The notes under the pieces: model-generated
The model's database searches: none
Seen by the model: the letters and a program-made list of their open reading frames with translations, nothing else
What the model was told of the DNA's origin: nothing
Position numbers and translations under genes: made by a program
Part shown: in pieces, positions 16,516-26,809 of the stretch
Numbering within the stretch: the stretch's first letter is position 1
Layout: each line of letters begins with the position of its first letter
DNA from: Gemmatimonadales bacterium
GTDB lineage: Bacteria > Gemmatimonadota > Gemmatimonadetes > Gemmatimonadales > GWC2-71-9
Length of the DNA: 64,000 bases
Reading direction: 5' to 3'
Assembly (NCBI GenBank): GCA_036279355.1
Contig: DASUJH010000024.1
Coordinates: 67,375 to 131,374, forward strand

Positions 16516-17471
16516 CAGACCCAGTCCCGCGGCTCGAGCATCGCCATCAGCTCCGCCTCGAACGAGCCCGGTGCGAACTGCGGGGCGTACGGCCAGCTCG
16601 CGAGCGGCGGGAGGCTCATCAGCACACTCTCGCTCCGCGCGTTGGTCTGCAGCCCAAAGTGCGTACCCCGGTCGTGCACCAGATTGAATTCCACGTAGCG
16701 GCCCCGGCGGAAAAGCTGAAATTGCCGCTCGCGCTCGCCCCACGACAGCGCGCGGCGAAGTTGGACGATTGGGGCGTACGCCTCCGGGAGCACGCGGCCC
16801 ACGTCACCCACGAAGTCGAAGAGCCGGTCGAGGTCGAGCCCCCCGTCGCCCGCATGCAAATTGTCGAAGAAGATCCCGCCGACCCCACGCCGCTCATCCC
16901 CGCGGTGCGCGTTCACGAAGTAGTGATCGCACCACTGCTTGAACCGGCGATAGTACGCGGGATGATGCCGAGCGCACGTATCACGCAGCACCCGATGGAA
17001 ATGAATGGCATCATCGGGGAATGGATACGTCGGCGTGAGGTCGGTGCCGCCGCCGAGCCAGGCGTCGAGCAATTCGCCGCCGGGGCTCGTGATCTCGAAG
17101 TAGCGCACGTTGAGGTGCACGGTCGGGACGAGCGGGCTCCGCGGGTGCACGACCAAGCTCATCCCCGTGACGAAAAACTGCGCCTGCACGCCAGCCGCCA
17201 ATTCGGGCGGCACCCGCGCGCCGAGCCGCTGGGCCAGACCCGGGGGCAGGTCACCATGCACGGCCGATCGATTGATGCCGGCCTTCTCGAACGTGGCTCC
17301 CTCGGCCATGACGCGGGCGACGCCGCCGCCTCCGCCGGGCCGCTCCCATCGATCTTCCTGGAACGCGCCACCGCCGTCGAGCTCGGCAAAGTGCGCAGTC
17401 GCGCCGTCGTGGAGGCGCGAGATCCACTGGGTGGCCTCCGCGCACCGGCTCCGCTCGGTCACGGGCGCCAT
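16515..17471 (-). CDS. hemF: Oxygen-dependent coproporphyrinogen III oxidase
   Basis: FFVTGMSLVVHPRSPLVPTVHLNVRYFE...GGTDLTPTYPF...RGVGGIFFDNL...YVEFNLVHDRGTHFGLQT are HemF signature blocks. Confidence 0.92.
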   Translation of the reverse strand: MAPVTERSRCAEATQWISRLHDGATAHFAELDGGGAFQEDRWERPGGGGGVARVMAEGATFEKAGINRSAVHGDLPPGLAQRLGARVPPELAAGVQAQFFVTGMSLVVHPRSPLVPTVHLNVRYFEITSPGGELLDAWLGGGTDLTPTYPFPDDAIHFHRVLRDTCARHHPAYYRRFKQWCDHYFVNAHRGDERRGVGGIFFDNLHAGDGGLDLDRLFDFVGDVGRVLPEAYAPIVQLRRALSWGERERQFQLFRRGRYVEFNLVHDRGTHFGLQTNARSESVLMSLPPLASWPYAPQFAPGSFEAELMAMLEPRDWV

Positions 17472-18508
17472 TCGCGCACCGCGTCGACGAAGGCCCTGGC
17501 GTGGGATACCGGCACGTCCGGCAGGATGCCATGGCCCAGGTTGGCGATGTGGCCGCGCCCGCCGAACGCGCGCAGCATGGCGCGGGTGCGCTCACGGATG
17601 ATGGACGGAGAGGCATAGAGCCAGCAGGGGTCGAGGTTGCCCTGCAATGCGACGCCGAGTGGGGCGGCCCGCCGCACGGCCCCGGCCGCGTCGGTGTGCC
17701 AATCCACTCCCAGCACATCAGCGCCGCTCGCCTCTGCGATCTCCTCGAGTGCCCACCCTGCCCCCGGCGCAAAGGCGATGACCGGTGCCCCCGCGGCGCG
17801 CGCGAGCCGCACCGCCTCGGCCAGATACGGCAGCGCGAAGGTACGGAAGTCGTCGGGTGCGAGCGCGCCGGCCCACGAATCGAAGACTTGCACGACCTGC
17901 GCACCCGCCGCCACCTGCGCCCGGAGGAACGCACCGACCGTGCGGCCGAGCCGGCCTAGCAGTTCGTGTGCGCGCGCGGGCTCCTCCAGCAGAAAGCGCT
18001 TCGCAAGCGCGAAGTTCTTCGAGGCGCCGCCTTCGATCATGTAGCTCGCGAGGGTCCACGGCGCGCCCGCGAATCCGATGAGCGGCACCCGCCCGTCGAG
18101 CTCACGGCGCGCGAGCCGAAGCGCCTCGAGCACGTAGTCCAGGTCATCCTCGGGTACCGCATCGCGCAGGCGATCGAAATCCACGGCCGACCTGAGGGGT
18201 TGGTGGAACCGTGGCCCCACTCCGTCGTCTACTGACAACTCCATCCCCATTGCCCGGGGCACGACGAGGATGTCGCTGAAGATGATGGCCGCGTCGACGC
18301 CGAGCGCGTCCACCGGCTGCAGGGTGATCTCGGCCGCCAGCTCCGGCGTACCGACCATCGTGAGGAAGTCCGCCTGCGCCCGCACCCGCCGGTATTGGGG
18401 GAGATAGCGGCCGGCCTGACGCATGAGCCAGACCGGCGGCCGCTCCACCGGTTCGCGGCGGCAGGCGCGGAGGAGCAGATCGTTGGTCGCGGCGGTCGTG
18501 GTGGTCAT
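17459..18508 (-). CDS. hemE: Uroporphyrinogen decarboxylase
   Basis: NDLLLRACRREPVERPPVWLMRQAGRYLPQYR is the classical HemE N-terminus; 349 aa. Confidence 0.92.
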   Translation of the reverse strand: MTTTTAATNDLLLRACRREPVERPPVWLMRQAGRYLPQYRRVRAQADFLTMVGTPELAAEITLQPVDALGVDAAIIFSDILVVPRAMGMELSVDDGVGPRFHQPLRSAVDFDRLRDAVPEDDLDYVLEALRLARRELDGRVPLIGFAGAPWTLASYMIEGGASKNFALAKRFLLEEPARAHELLGRLGRTVGAFLRAQVAAGAQVVQVFDSWAGALAPDDFRTFALPYLAEAVRLARAAGAPVIAFAPGAGWALEEIAEASGADVLGVDWHTDAAGAVRRAAPLGVALQGNLDPCWLYASPSIIRERTRAMLRAFGGRGHIANLGHGILPDVPVSHARAFVDAVREWRP

Positions 18509-19278
18509 CGAGCTTCGAAAAGCTTGAGAAGCGAACGCACGGCATCGGCCACCGATGCCGCGGTCACGTTCTGCGCGACGGCATCAGCGGGCCAGCCCGC
18601 GACTTCGGCCGCGGCGGCCGTGGTCGGGCCGATCGCGACGAGTCGGGGGCGTTCGGTTGCGTCGACCGTTCGCGCGAGCAACTGCGCCACGCGCGGACTC
18701 GAGACGACGAGCGCCGACGCGCCGCGCGCCGCGCGCCGTGCCATGCCGGGCTCGGCCAGCAGTGAGCGATAGCACACGATCTCGTCCACCGTGAGTCCCG
18801 CGGCGCGGAGGCCAGCCGGCAGCTCGTCGCGTCGCGCATCGCCGCAGAAGTAAAGGACCGGCGGACGCGTGCCCGCGGCCAGCATGGCGCGCGCGAGCGC
18901 GGCGCCTGCGGCCGTGTCGCCGCCGGCATCAGCGCCGAACCTTTTCTCCGGCCGACGCACCATGCCGAGCACGCTTCCGAGCGCAACCGCGGTGGCGGCA
19001 CCGGTGGCCCAGACCGGCACGGTCACGCGGCCCAGGGGCGCGGCCGCGGCACGGCATGCCACGGCGCTCGCCGCGCGCGGGGAGGTGAGGGCCACCGCAT
19101 GGTATGCCGCGAGCCGTGCGAGCGCACCATCGACGGACCTCCAATCGGGTGGCGGCGCGAAGCGGAGCAGCGGCATCGATCGGACCTCACAACCTTCGGC
19201 CTCAAGGAGCTCGCTCAGACCGGCGAAACCATCGGCGGCCAATGTGAGTGCGACTACCGGTCGAGCGGCGCGCATCAC
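18505..19278 (-). CDS. hemD: Uroporphyrinogen-III synthase
   Basis: 257 aa with the weakly conserved HemD-type pattern (LRFAPP...AVALTSPRAA...VATGAAT...). Sits between hemC and hemE with 4-nt overlaps on both sides. Confidence 0.75.
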   Translation of the reverse strand: MMRAARPVVALTLAADGFAGLSELLEAEGCEVRSMPLLRFAPPPDWRSVDGALARLAAYHAVALTSPRAASAVACRAAAAPLGRVTVPVWATGAATAVALGSVLGMVRRPEKRFGADAGGDTAAGAALARAMLAAGTRPPVLYFCGDARRDELPAGLRAAGLTVDEIVCYRSLLAEPGMARRAARGASALVVSSPRVAQLLARTVDATERPRLVAIGPTTAAAAEVAGWPADAVAQNVTAASVADAVRSLLKLFEAR

Positions 19279-20243
19279 GGCTCCGGCACCGGTGCTGACG
19301 CGGCGGCGACGCGCACCGCGTCGAGGATGGCGGCGGCACCGTTGGCCAGCAACTCATCGGCGAGCGCGATGCCGAGGGCATCGGCCTCCTCCGGCGAATC
19401 GGCCGGGCCGACGCGCCGGCCACTCACCACCGCATCACCGGCGAGGGATGCGACCCGGCCGATGAGCTCGAGACGGTGGCCGCCATTTTCCGTCATGAAC
19501 CGCGCATGCGCCGCGACCGGCACCTGGCATCCGCCCTCCAGCCGCCGAAGCACCGCGCGCTCGGCGCCGGTTGCGAGCGCGGTCTCGCGGTCGTGGAAGG
19601 CTTCGCGCGCGGCCGCATGTGCACCCGCATCGTCACGCCGAACCGTCGCCGCGAGCGCACCCTGCCCGGGCGCCGGCAGCATCAACTCCAGCGGCAGCCG
19701 TTCGCTGATGCAGGCCTCGGCGCCCAATCGCGCGAGCCCCGCCACCGCGAGCACGATTGCCGCCCAGCGATCGCTCCGATCGAGCTTGGCGAGCCGGGTA
19801 TCCACGTTCCCCCGGATGTCGTCGATCGTGAGGTCGGGGCGCGCGGCCAGCAACTGCGCCCGGCGCCGCAGGCTGCTCGTCGCCACCACGGCGCCGTGCG
19901 GCAGCGAGTTCCACGGAATTCCGCCCCGCGAGACCAACGCATCGCGCGGATCCTCGCGGAGGCCGACGGCCGCGATCGCGATGCCTTCCGGAAGCGTCGT
20001 CGGCAGGTCCTTGAGCGAGTGGACGGCGAGATCGACGCGCCCCTCGAGCAGCGCGTCGTCGAGCTGGCGGGTGAACAGAGCGCGACTCCCGATGCGCGCG
20101 AGCGGCACGTCGCTCACTACGTCCCCGGTCGTGCGGATCTCGATCCGCTCGGTCGCGTGCCCCCGCGCGTCGAGGCAGGCGCGGACGCGCTCGGTCTGCC
20201 ACAGCGCGAGCGCGCTCCCGCGGGTTCCAATTCGGAGCGGCAT
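19275..20243 (-). CDS. hemC: Hydroxymethylbilane synthase (porphobilinogen deaminase)
   Basis: MPLRIGTRGSALALWQTERV...IRGNVDTRLAKL...PAPGQGALA. True ATG at 20243; the track start 20477 is a spurious extension. Confidence 0.92.
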   Translation of the reverse strand: MPLRIGTRGSALALWQTERVRACLDARGHATERIEIRTTGDVVSDVPLARIGSRALFTRQLDDALLEGRVDLAVHSLKDLPTTLPEGIAIAAVGLREDPRDALVSRGGIPWNSLPHGAVVATSSLRRRAQLLAARPDLTIDDIRGNVDTRLAKLDRSDRWAAIVLAVAGLARLGAEACISERLPLELMLPAPGQGALAATVRRDDAGAHAAAREAFHDRETALATGAERAVLRRLEGGCQVPVAAHARFMTENGGHRLELIGRVASLAGDAVVSGRRVGPADSPEEADALGIALADELLANGAAAILDAVRVAAASAPVPEP

Positions 20244-20337
20244 GGGACGAAAGGTAATACGCCTTCTTGCCGCGTTCCGCGGACTCGCGCTGGGATGATC
20301 GGGGGAACGAGCGCCTCCGGCAGCGTCGCCGCGGCGT

Positions 20338-21702
20338 CTACGGCGTCCGCATAGACGCGACGTCCGCCGCAACGCGCTCCGCCGCTCCGAGACCGGAGCG
20401 GAGCGCGTCACCGAACGAGACGCCGTGTCGATAGCTCCCGGCGAGGTGGAATCCCGGATTGGCGCGCTCAACCTCATCCATCATTGCAAGCAGACGGCCG
20501 TGGTCCCGGGTGTACTGCGGAATGCCCTGCGGCCAGCGCACATGATGAATGAATCCGGGCGGCGCCGTGATCCCGAGCAGCGCGCGCAACTCCGGCATAA
20601 GCAGGCGTTCGAGCGGCTCGGCCTCGAGCGCCGCAAGCCACGGCCGCTGCGCGCCACCGGCGAGAGCCGTCACCAGCACGTGCTCGGAGGGGGCGCGCCC
20701 CGGAAAGAGGGTGGACGAGAAGATGACGCCGAGCAGATCACGATCCGCCTTGGGCGTGACGAGCGCGCCGAAGCCATCCAGCGGATGCCCCACATCCTCG
20801 CGCCGGAAGCCGAGCGCGAGCACCGCGAGCGGTGCATGGGAGATCGCGGCGAGCTCGCGGAGCCGCGCGCCGCCCGGACACTCGACGTGCATCCGATCGA
20901 ACGCATGGGCCGGCGTCGCGGCCACCACCGCATCGTGCGCTACCTCGCCCGTGTCCGTCGCTACGCTCCAACCATCCGGCGTGCGCGCGATCGCGCGCAC
21001 CGGCAGGTGGAGATGCACACGGGCGCCGAGCGCGCCCGCAAGCGCGTCGGGAATTTCCTGCAGGCCGTCCGGCAGAGACCGCACCCGCACGCGGCCGCTG
21101 CGAACGCCGCTCCTCCCCTCCGGAGCGCGTGCGCCCGAGAGTCCGCGAAGCACCGAGCCGCGCTTCTGCTCGAGGGCCGCGAGCCGCGGGAACGCGTAGC
21201 GCATCGATAGTTGCTCGGGGTCGCCGGCGTACACGCCCGAGACGAGCACCGCCGCCAGGTCAACCGCCTCGGCCCCGAACCGCCGCCGCACGAAGGAGGC
21301 GACGCTTTCATCGGCAGCGGCACGGCGCACGAACGGCTCGCCCAGCAGGCGAAGCTTGGCGCGCAGGGAGAGGAGCGGCGTGATGGCCAGCCCAAGCGGC
21401 GACCGGGGAACCCGAGCGAGTCGCCGCCCGCGCACTACGTAGCGATGGCGGGCCGAGCGGCGGGCATGAATCCATCGCTTGCCGAGACCGACCTCGGCCA
21501 AGAGCTTCTCGACTTCGGGCGGCAGGTAGGTCAGAGCGTTGGGACCCCACTCGGCGAGCCACCCCCGCTGCCGTTCGGTCCGCACCACTCCACCGGTCCG
21601 CGCGCTCGCCTCGTAGACGGTGACGTCAACCCCAAGGCGCATGAGCCGGTACGCCGCCGCAAGGCCGGCGGCACCTGCACCGACGACGGCTACCGATGCC
21701 AC
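20338..21702 (-). CDS. hemY: Protoporphyrinogen oxidase (HemY/PgoX family, FAD-dependent)
   Basis: [17 protein letters not shown]...[16 protein letters not shown] dinucleotide-binding N-terminus. 454 aa with a GTG start. Heme-cluster context together with HemF. Confidence 0.85.
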   Translation of the reverse strand: MASVAVVGAGAAGLAAAYRLMRLGVDVTVYEASARTGGVVRTERQRGWLAEWGPNALTYLPPEVEKLLAEVGLGKRWIHARRSARHRYVVRGRRLARVPRSPLGLAITPLLSLRAKLRLLGEPFVRRAAADESVASFVRRRFGAEAVDLAAVLVSGVYAGDPEQLSMRYAFPRLAALEQKRGSVLRGLSGARAPEGRSGVRSGRVRVRSLPDGLQEIPDALAGALGARVHLHLPVRAIARTPDGWSVATDTGEVAHDAVVAATPAHAFDRMHVECPGGARLRELAAISHAPLAVLALGFRREDVGHPLDGFGALVTPKADRDLLGVIFSSTLFPGRAPSEHVLVTALAGGAQRPWLAALEAEPLERLLMPELRALLGITAPPGFIHHVRWPQGIPQYTRDHGRLLAMMDEVERANPGFHLAGSYRHGVSFGDALRSGLGAAERVAADVASMRTP

Positions 21703-23009
21703 ACGGACGCGTCGAACGCTGCGGCGAGCGCGGCCTCGACCGCCGCGAGATCGGCGTCGCCATGCGCCGCCGAGGAGAACGCAGCTTCGAACGGCGAGGG
21801 CGGCAGGTACACGCTGGACGCGAGCATGGCGTGAAAGAATCGGGCGTACGCCGCGCGGTCGGCGCGCTTCGCCTCGTCATAGTTCCGCACCCTCGCGGGC
21901 GCGAAGAACGGCGTGAACATCGTACCGGCTCGCTGCACGGTGAGTCCCGTGCCCGCGTCCCGAGCGGCCCTGCTCAGCGAGTCTGCGCAACGCGCCGCCC
22001 AGCGCTCCGCGGCATCCCAGACGCCGGGACGCGCCAGGATGTCGAGAGTAGTGAGCCCCGCGGCCATCGCCATCGGGTTGCCCGACAGCGTACCCGCCTG
22101 GTACATCGGGCCCGCCGGCGCCACGCGTAGCATGAGATCGCGCCGACCGCCGTACGCCGCCGCGGGCAGTCCACCGCCCACCACCTTGCCGAGAATCGTG
22201 AGATCCGGCCGCACGTCAAACAACGCCTGCGCGCCCCGCGGATGCACCCGCCAGCCGGTCATCACCTCATCGAACACGAGCAGCGCGCCGTGCCGCGTGC
22301 ACAGCTCCCGAAGTCCTTCGAGAAATCCGGGCTCTGGCGGCACCACGCCCATGTTACCCGCCACCGGCTCGACCAGCACCGCGGCGATCCCATCTGCTCG
22401 GGCACGGAAAAAGTCGGCGACCGCGTCAAGATCGTTGAACGGCGCCACCAGCGTATCGGCTACCGCCGCCGCCGTCACGCCGGGCGAGTCGGGCAGGCCG
22501 AGCGTCGCGACGCCCGATCCGGCCGCCGCGAGCAGCGCGTCAGCGTGGCCATGGTAACACCCGTCGAACTTAAGGATGGCTCGGCGCCCCGTCGCCGCCC
22601 GCGCGAGCCGCACCGCGCTCATCGCCGCCTCGGTGCCCGAGCTCACGAATCGCACCATCTCGACGGACGGAAACGTCTCGATCACGCGCTCCGCGAGCTG
22701 CAGCTCCGCTTCCGTCGGTGCGCCGAAGGTGGTGCCCCCGCGCGCCGCCTCGACCACGGCCGCGACGACGTCCGGATGCGCGTGGCCCAGGATGAGGGGC
22801 CCCCAGGAGAGCACCAGATCGACGTAGCGGTTGCCGTCCACGTCAACGACAACGGCGCCCTCGCCGCGCGCGATGAAGCGGGGCACACCGCCCACGCCCT
22901 TGAAGGCGCGGACGGGACTATTGACGCCGCCAGGCAGCAACTCGAGCGCCCGCGCAAAGAGCATGGCCGAGCGCTCGGTGCCGGCGCCCATCACCCGGAC
23001 CTGGGTCAT
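21690..23009 (-). CDS. hemL: Glutamate-1-semialdehyde 2,1-aminomutase
   Basis: [18 protein letters not shown]...DEVMTGWRV...[16 protein letters not shown]. The ATG at 23009 overlaps the hemB stop (ATGA). Confidence 0.92.
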   Translation of the reverse strand: MTQVRVMGAGTERSAMLFARALELLPGGVNSPVRAFKGVGGVPRFIARGEGAVVVDVDGNRYVDLVLSWGPLILGHAHPDVVAAVVEAARGGTTFGAPTEAELQLAERVIETFPSVEMVRFVSSGTEAAMSAVRLARAATGRRAILKFDGCYHGHADALLAAAGSGVATLGLPDSPGVTAAAVADTLVAPFNDLDAVADFFRARADGIAAVLVEPVAGNMGVVPPEPGFLEGLRELCTRHGALLVFDEVMTGWRVHPRGAQALFDVRPDLTILGKVVGGGLPAAAYGGRRDLMLRVAPAGPMYQAGTLSGNPMAMAAGLTTLDILARPGVWDAAERWAARCADSLSRAARDAGTGLTVQRAGTMFTPFFAPARVRNYDEAKRADRAAYARFFHAMLASSVYLPPSPFEAAFSSAAHGDADLAAVEAALAAAFDASVWHR

Positions 23010-23998
23010 CCGCGGTCGGGCTCCGCGAGCCACGCCGCCGCGTCCGCCGCGTGATAGGTGATGATGGCGTCCGCCCCCGCGCGGCGCATACCGATGAGCG
23101 CCTCGAGCACAACGCGCCGCTCGTCTATCCAGCCGGCACGCGCCGCCGCCTTTACCATCGCGTACTCGCCGCTCACGTTGTAGGTCACGAGCGGCAGCGC
23201 CGTGCGTTCGCGGACCGCGCGGACCACGTCGAGGTAGGCGAGCGCCGGCTTCACCATCAGCATATCGGCCCCTTCGCCCTCGTCCAGCGCGGCTTCGACG
23301 AGCGCCTCGCGCAGATTGGCCGGATCCATCTGGTAGTGCCGCCGGTCGCCGAATGCCGGCGCGCTCTCAGCGGCCTCGCGGAATGGACCGTAGAACGCGC
23401 TCGCGTACTTCACCGCGTAGCTCAGAATTCCGCACTCCGCGTAGCCGGCGCCGTCCAATGCCGCGCGGATCGCGCGCACCATTCCGTCCATCATCCCGCT
23501 CGGCGCCACGAGGTCGGCACCGGCCGCGGCGTGACTCTTTGCCACGCGACCGAGCACCTCGAGCGTCGCGTCGTTGTCGACAACGCCGGCGCGGACGACC
23601 CCGCAGTGGCCATGGGTCGTGTACTCGCAGCAGCAGACATCCGTGACGAGCAGCAACTCCGGGCGCCGGGCCCGGATCCGCCGGAGCGCGCGCTGCACAA
23701 TGCCATCCGGGTCGAAGTTCTCCGTCCCGATCTCGTCCTTCGCCGCCGGAATGCCGAAGAGCAGCACCGCCCCGATGCCGAGGCGATGGAGCCGGTCCAC
23801 CTCCCGGTCGAGCACCGCGTCGACCGAGCGGTGATGCACGCCCGGCATCGAGGCCACCTCGCGCTCGATGGCGTCGCCATGCACCACGAAGAGCGGCGCG
23901 ATGAGATCGCCGGCGTCGAGCGCGTGCTCGCGCACGAGGCGCCGAATCGCGCTGCTGCGGCGCCGCCGCCGGGGACGGTTGTCGGGAAAAACGCTCAT
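23006..23998 (-). CDS. hemB: Porphobilinogen synthase (ALA dehydratase)
   Basis: [31 protein letters not shown]...[11 protein letters not shown]...YNVSGEYAM; 330 aa. Confidence 0.92.
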   Translation of the reverse strand: MSVFPDNRPRRRRRSSAIRRLVREHALDAGDLIAPLFVVHGDAIEREVASMPGVHHRSVDAVLDREVDRLHRLGIGAVLLFGIPAAKDEIGTENFDPDGIVQRALRRIRARRPELLLVTDVCCCEYTTHGHCGVVRAGVVDNDATLEVLGRVAKSHAAAGADLVAPSGMMDGMVRAIRAALDGAGYAECGILSYAVKYASAFYGPFREAAESAPAFGDRRHYQMDPANLREALVEAALDEGEGADMLMVKPALAYLDVVRAVRERTALPLVTYNVSGEYAMVKAAARAGWIDERRVVLEALIGMRRAGADAIITYHAADAAAWLAEPDRG

Positions 23999-24221
23999 GG
24001 CCGGGACCCCCGCGCGGGCACCGGTGCGTATGCCCCTTGCGTATCAAGGGGAATAACCGCGGCCTCCGCGCGATCTCCACGCAAAATACACGTCGCTCTC
24101 GCGGGGTGCACGGCAACCGCGGGTTGGCCCGTGTTCCGGGTCACGATCGTCTCAGCCGGGCTGTCACCGGGGTTTCCGACGGTCGGTCACCGACAGCCTT
24201 GATCCGCCGCAACATGTTTGC

Positions 24222-25712
24222 TTGGGGAGGATGCGGACCATGGATCGCACGTCACGCATATTCACGCTCGCTGCACTGGTGACTCTCGGTGCGTGCGCCG
24301 CACCTGCACCGCGCCCCGCGCGCATCGCTCCGCGCGAGGCTGAACCGGCCATCGCCATCGTGAACGCGACGCTCTGGGACGGCACCGGCCGCGGGCCCGT
24401 GCCGAATGCGGTGACGCTCGTCCGCGGCGATCGAATCCTCTGCGCCGGCGCCGCCGCCGAATGCGTCGCGCCCCGCGACGCCCGCATCATCGACGCGCAC
24501 GGCGGCTGGCTCATCCCGGGCCTCATCGATACCCACGTGCACCTGCTTTTCCTCGAGCGCGGCAGCGCCGGCGAGGAGTTGGCCGCCGATCTCAAGGATC
24601 TGCTCGCCCAGGGCATCACGAGCGTGCGCGACATGGGGACGAATCCGGCCGAGCTGCTCTCGCGAACGCACGCGCTCTCCGCCGCGCCGCGGGTGTATGC
24701 CATGCAACTCGTCGCGGGTCTCCGCTTCTTCTACGAGCGGGACCAAGTGCAGCTCCCCGACGGCAGTGTGGCGCTGCGGATGCCGCAGGCGCAGGCGATG
24801 GAAGCGCGGGGCTGGTCGCCGATGATGTTCACGCACGGCGACAACGCCGATTCCCTTGTCGCGGAAGCCCGGAAGACCGGAGCCATCGGGCTCAAGCTCT
24901 ACGCGTACTTCGACTCCGCCACGGCGCGCGCGCTGGTCGACGCGGCGCACCGCGCCGGGATATCCGCATGGGGCCACGCGTGGGTGCAGCCAGCGAATCC
25001 CGGCGAGCTCGTACGCGCGGGCGAGGACGGCATCGTCCACGCGTCGCTGCTCGTCGGCGACCTGCTCTCCGGTGTGGCGCGCGACAGGCTGCTCGCGTCG
25101 AGCGCCATTCTCACCACTGGCGCGAGCCTCGAAACGCCTGAGGCCGCGCACGATCCGCGGATCGGCGCCACTCTCGACACCATGGCGCGGCGGGGCACCT
25201 TCCTCGAGCCCACGCTCGATGTGACGCTCCGGAGCCAGGCGCACTTCGACGGTGTGGTCGGGACCTCGCCCTCGCTGCCGGCTGAGTTTGCCCATGCATC
25301 GGTCGGCTTCAGCATGGCCGTGACCCGCGAGGCCGTGCGGCGGGGCGTGCGCATCACCGCCGGCACCGACCACGTGGCGTATGGTCCCGCGCGCGATCGC
25401 GCCTCGCTTGTAAGCGAGCTCAGGCTGCTGGTGGACTCGATCGGCCTCTCGCCGGCGGCCGCCCTCACCGCTGCCACGCGCGACGCCGCCCGCGCCATCG
25501 GCGGCGAACCGGCGCGAACCCTCGGAACCATCGAGGCCGGACGCTATGCCGACCTGGTCCTCCTCGACCGAAACCCGCTAGCTGACATCCGCAACGTCGA
25601 GTCGGTCGAATGGGTCATGCAGGGCGGCATGCTGTGGCATCCGTGGCAGCTTCGGAGCGGCATCGCCTCGGCCGAGCCGCCAGCCACCTCCGGCGCGCCC
25701 GGCGGCGACTGA
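24222..25712 (+). CDS. Amidohydrolase-family metallo-hydrolase, lipoprotein
   Basis: Lipobox LVTLGAC. AIVNATLWDG...GGWLIPGLIDTHVHL carries the HxH metal motif, and the C-terminus GTIEAGRYADLVLLD is typical of the family. Confidence 0.8.
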   Translation: MGRMRTMDRTSRIFTLAALVTLGACAAPAPRPARIAPREAEPAIAIVNATLWDGTGRGPVPNAVTLVRGDRILCAGAAAECVAPRDARIIDAHGGWLIPGLIDTHVHLLFLERGSAGEELAADLKDLLAQGITSVRDMGTNPAELLSRTHALSAAPRVYAMQLVAGLRFFYERDQVQLPDGSVALRMPQAQAMEARGWSPMMFTHGDNADSLVAEARKTGAIGLKLYAYFDSATARALVDAAHRAGISAWGHAWVQPANPGELVRAGEDGIVHASLLVGDLLSGVARDRLLASSAILTTGASLETPEAAHDPRIGATLDTMARRGTFLEPTLDVTLRSQAHFDGVVGTSPSLPAEFAHASVGFSMAVTREAVRRGVRITAGTDHVAYGPARDRASLVSELRLLVDSIGLSPAAALTAATRDAARAIGGEPARTLGTIEAGRYADLVLLDRNPLADIRNVESVEWVMQGGMLWHPWQLRSGIASAEPPATSGAPGGD

Positions 25713-25717
25713 CCCCC

Positions 25718-25753
25718 GCGCGCCGGCAGGATCGCACCCCGCAGCCGGCGCGT
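25718..25753. terminator. GC-rich hairpin between convergent genes (candidate bidirectional terminator)
   Basis: CGCGCCGGC (25719..25727) pairs with GCCGGCGCG (25744..25752) with a 16-nt loop. No U-tract. Lies between the amidohydrolase stop (25712) and the rhodanese stop (25754). Confidence 0.35.
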
Positions 25754-26809
25754 TCACCCGGACCGCAGGTCTTCCCCCCACTGTGGTCGAGCGGAGTGGC
25801 GAGGTGACCTCGCTGCGGCGTAGCGACCGCTCCGGGCCGCGCTCGCCAGCCCCGCCACGACCGGCAGGTCCTCCCGTTCCGCCCACTGCGTCCATGCCCC
25901 GGTGTACACCCGCACCCGCGCGTACCCGAGCAGATCGTGCAGGGCGAAGTAGACGTGGGTGGCTTCCGTCATGCTGTTGCAGTAGACGATGATGTCTTTG
26001 TCGGGCGTAATCCCCTGGGCCTCGTAGCTTGCCCTGAGCGCCGCCGGCTGTTTCCAGACGTGGCCGAACCCCACCTGCTCCAGATCGTCACTCCAGAAGT
26101 GGTTGATGGCGCCCGGAATGTGTCCCCGGCGAAGCTGCGCCCCCGCGAGGCCGGCATATTGTTGCGGATTCCGCGCGTCCACCAGCACCGACGAGCCGGT
26201 TTCGACCGCGCGCCGCACGTCCGCGAGGCCCGCAGCGGACGGGCGGAAGCTGCCACCGGGCGGCGTTGACGGGACGATCTTCGGATAGTGCTGTGCGAGC
26301 GGCCGCTGCTCGAGCTGCCACTTCGAGTAGCCGCCGTCGAGCAGGTATACCCGCGGATATCCCCACCCCTGCAGCAGCCATGCGAGGAACGTCGCATCGA
26401 TGTTGTGCGACTCGCCCGCGGAATAGATCACCACCGGCCGGTCCCGGCGAACGCCGAGTCGGCTGAAGAGATCGGCGTACCAGCTCGCCGGCATGAGCTG
26501 CATCGGCACGCCGTGATCCGATGCGCGCAGCGTTTCGGTATTCAGGTATTCGGCGCCGGGGATGTGATCCTTGAGATAATCGAACGGATCGGTGCGCACG
26601 TCGATCAGGAGAACATCACCGCGCTTCTGCCAGTCGGCGAGCTGGCCGGTGGTCACGAGCCGGGGCAGCGCGGAGGTATCTGCGGCCATGGCCGGCGCCG
26701 GAGCTGCACGTCGGCCGCTCGAACCGGCGCCGGCTCCGGCGCAGCCGAGGCAAAGACTCAGGACCAGCGCGGCCCGCATGCGGCTGCGGACAAGCAAGCA
26801 CGGCGTCAT
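25754..26809 (-). CDS. Exported tandem-rhodanese sulfurtransferase, lipoprotein
   Basis: Lipobox LSLCLGCAG. Two rhodanese modules (LLIDVRTDPFDYLKDHIPGAEYL and VLVDARNPQQY...GHIPGAINH) with the catalytic loop VYCNSMTEAT in the second. The ATG overlaps the MBL stop (ATGA). Confidence 0.85.
   Translation of the reverse strand: MTPCLLVRSRMRAALVLSLCLGCAGAGAGSSGRRAAPAPAMAADTSALPRLVTTGQLADWQKRGDVLLIDVRTDPFDYLKDHIPGAEYLNTETLRASDHGVPMQLMPASWYADLFSRLGVRRDRPVVIYSAGESHNIDATFLAWLLQGWGYPRVYLLDGGYSKWQLEQRPLAQHYPKIVPSTPPGGSFRPSAAGLADVRRAVETGSSVLVDARNPQQYAGLAGAQLRRGHIPGAINHFWSDDLEQVGFGHVWKQPAALRASYEAQGITPDKDIIVYCNSMTEATHVYFALHDLLGYARVRVYTGAWTQWAEREDLPVVAGLASAARSGRYAAARSPRHSARPQWGEDLRSG

Noticed and set aside
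19275-20477. N-terminal extensions of many track ORFs. Examples: hemC to 20477, RR to 7764, SOD to 10859, soxY to 28867, soxZ to 28223, leuC to 62691, leuB to 59233, ilvD from 55600, cupredoxin to 34427, dehydrogenase to 49148.
   Set aside because: The extensions are Arg/Pro/Gly-rich, overlap upstream genes, and precede internal starts that give canonical N-termini. These internal starts often have ATGA/GTGA coupling to the upstream stop. The trimmed coordinates are used.
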